This document shows, piece after piece, positions 62,531 through 64,000 of a DNA stretch of 64,000 nt. This DNA comes from an uncultured Luminiphilus sp. (lineage in GTDB: Bacteria > Pseudomonadota > Gammaproteobacteria > Pseudomonadales > Halieaceae). The position numbers were made by a program, and so were the translations under genes. The first letter of the stretch is position 1. Every line of letters starts with the position of its first letter. The stretch is taken from the NCBI GenBank assembly GCA_943789425.1, contig CALSUB010000006.1, forward strand, positions 52,565-116,564, read 5' to 3'. The notes under the pieces were generated by a model. That model did no database searches. It worked only from the letters and a program-made list of their open reading frames with translations, and was not told the DNA's origin.

Positions 62531-63532
62531 ATGCCTGAAAAAACGATGCGCGACGCAATCAACGAGGCCCTCCATCAAGCGATGGAGCAGGATGAGTCTG
62601 TCTTTGTTATTGGTGAAGACGTCGCGGGGTGCAATGGCAGCGCCGGCGACGTGGGTTCCGTCGGGGGTGTCTTCGGCGTGACTACCGGAATCTACAATCG
62701 GTGGCCTGATCGCTGTGTCGACACGCCGATTTCTGAATCTGCCATTGTCGGGGCTGCTGCTGGCGCCGCGCTGGTCGGGATGCGTCCCGTTGCCGAAATT
62801 ATGTTTGCCGATTTTATTGGCGTCTGTATGGATCAGATCGTGAATCAGATGGCCAAGTTTCGCTACATGTTTGGTGGCAAGAGCCGATGTCCCGCAGTGA
62901 TTCGATTTTCTGCGGGCGGCGGGTTCAGTGCTGCGGGCCAGCACAGTCAGGCGATGTACCAAGTGATGACGTCATTTCCCGGGCTGAAAGTTGTGGTGCC
63001 CTCGAATGCCTATGATGCTAAAGGATTGATGCTATCAGCGATTCAGGACGATGATCCCGTGCTGTTTTTTGAGCCAAAAGTGCTCTACCAAGAAACGGCG
63101 GAAGTGCCTGATGAGATGTACACCATCCCATTTGGTCAGGCCAACTTTGTCCGCGAAGGCGACGATGTCACCGTGGTCGCGTTTGGACAAATGGTGCCCA
63201 AGGCAGCCGCAGCGATCGATGCACTGGCGGCTGAGGGCATTAGTTGTGACTTAATTGATCCGCGAACCACCTCTCCTCTCGATGAGGCGGCGATTCTAGA
63301 GTCGGTTAGCGCAACCGGAAGGTTAGTGGTCGTTGACGAGGCGCCGCCTCGCTGCGGCCTGACGGCTGACATTGCGGGACTGGCTGCTGATAAGGCTTTT
63401 AGCAGCTTAAAAGGCCCCATTAAACAAGTCTGTGCGCCCCATAGTCCAACGCCCTTTTCGCCAGAACTTGAGGCGGCGTATTTGCCCGATGCAGATAAAA
63501 TTACTGCGGCGATCAAAGAGACCCTCGCCTGA
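62531..63532 (+). CDS. acoB: TPP-dependent dehydrogenase E1 beta, acetoin dehydrogenase-like
   Basis: DTPISESAI, EIMFADF, AKFRYMFGGK, AAGQHSQ, DPRTTSPLD. Confidence 0.85.
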   Translation: MPEKTMRDAINEALHQAMEQDESVFVIGEDVAGCNGSAGDVGSVGGVFGVTTGIYNRWPDRCVDTPISESAIVGAAAGAALVGMRPVAEIMFADFIGVCMDQIVNQMAKFRYMFGGKSRCPAVIRFSAGGGFSAAGQHSQAMYQVMTSFPGLKVVVPSNAYDAKGLMLSAIQDDDPVLFFEPKVLYQETAEVPDEMYTIPFGQANFVREGDDVTVVAFGQMVPKAAAAIDALAAEGISCDLIDPRTTSPLDEAAILESVSATGRLVVVDEAPPRCGLTADIAGLAADKAFSSLKGPIKQVCAPHSPTPFSPELEAAYLPDADKITAAIKETLA

Positions 63533-63559
63533 GCGCATCGAATTACTAGGAGTATTGTT

Positions 63560-64000
63560 GTGAGCGAGATCTATCCCATCGCCGTGCCCAAGTGGGGCAT
63601 TGAAATGGTTGAAGGCACCATCACCACTTGGAATAAATCGGAAGGCGATGTCATTGCCAAGGGCGATGAAGTCTTTGAAATGGAATCGGATAAGATTGTC
63701 AATGTGTGGGACGCTCCTGTTGCGGGCGTGCTGCGTCGCATTGTTGCGGCGGCCGGTGATGCGCACCCGGTAGGGGCATTGCTGGGCGTCATCGCTGCGG
63801 CGGACGTGAGCGATGCGGACATTGATCAATTCATTGCCGACCATAGCGCCGCTACCCCTGACACCGAGGCTGCCCCCGCTGCAGCCGAGACGGCGGCCCC
63901 TCAACAGACAGTGCAAACCGGAGACGCGTACACACGCTCCTCCCCTAGCGTGCGTCGCCTTGCCGATGAACTGGGCGTCGATTTAGGTACCGTGACGGGC
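63560..64000 (+). CDS. acoC: Dihydrolipoamide acyltransferase E2, runs off the right edge
   Basis: Hand translation from GTG 63560 behind AGGAG: MSEIYPIAVPKWGIEMVEG...EMESDKIV (lipoyl lysine), Ala-rich linker, SPSVRRLADELGVDL E3-binding start. Confidence 0.85.
   Translation, partial: MSEIYPIAVPKWGIEMVEGTITTWNKSEGDVIAKGDEVFEMESDKIVNVWDAPVAGVLRRIVAAAGDAHPVGALLGVIAAADVSDADIDQFIADHSAATPDTEAAPAAAETAAPQQTVQTGDAYTRSSPSVRRLADELGVDLGTVTG

Overview
Core-genome window of a marine-type gammaproteobacterium. Gene order and protein style suggest Cellvibrionales/Halieaceae (OM60/NOR5-like); this is inference only. Left to right: a partial MMPL/RND permease, mpl, a PPi-type phosphofructokinase, an M15 peptidase and sfsA; then dksA-gluQ-cbrB-(sRNA)-pcnB-folK-dNK-panB-panC; acetate uptake and activation (actP-like, acs); a TonB-dependent receptor and lipoprotein amidohydrolase; the long minus-strand housekeeping block carA-carB-greA / rlmE-ftsH-folP-glmM-secG-tRNA-Leu-tRNA-fMet-rimP-nusA-infB-rbfA-truB-rpsO-pnp; a fatty-acyl catabolic cluster; Lrp/ald; a desaturase; a PLP decarboxylase; a GH1; a phospholipase D; and the start of an acoABC-type dehydrogenase operon. 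No mobile element, prophage or CRISPR array was seen. Most notable: (1) an apparently stripped-down Cbr/Crc catabolite-repression module, with no cbrA kinase at its syntenic position, a CbrB whose receiver lacks the phospho-acceptor Asp, and a sigma54-driven ~90-nt miniature CrcZ-like RNA; (2) a DksA fused to ~10.5 perfect histone-H1-like 16-aa repeats; (3) single-base frameshifts in carA and folP, probably consensus errors. All calls are by eye and from recalled family motifs; no searches were run.
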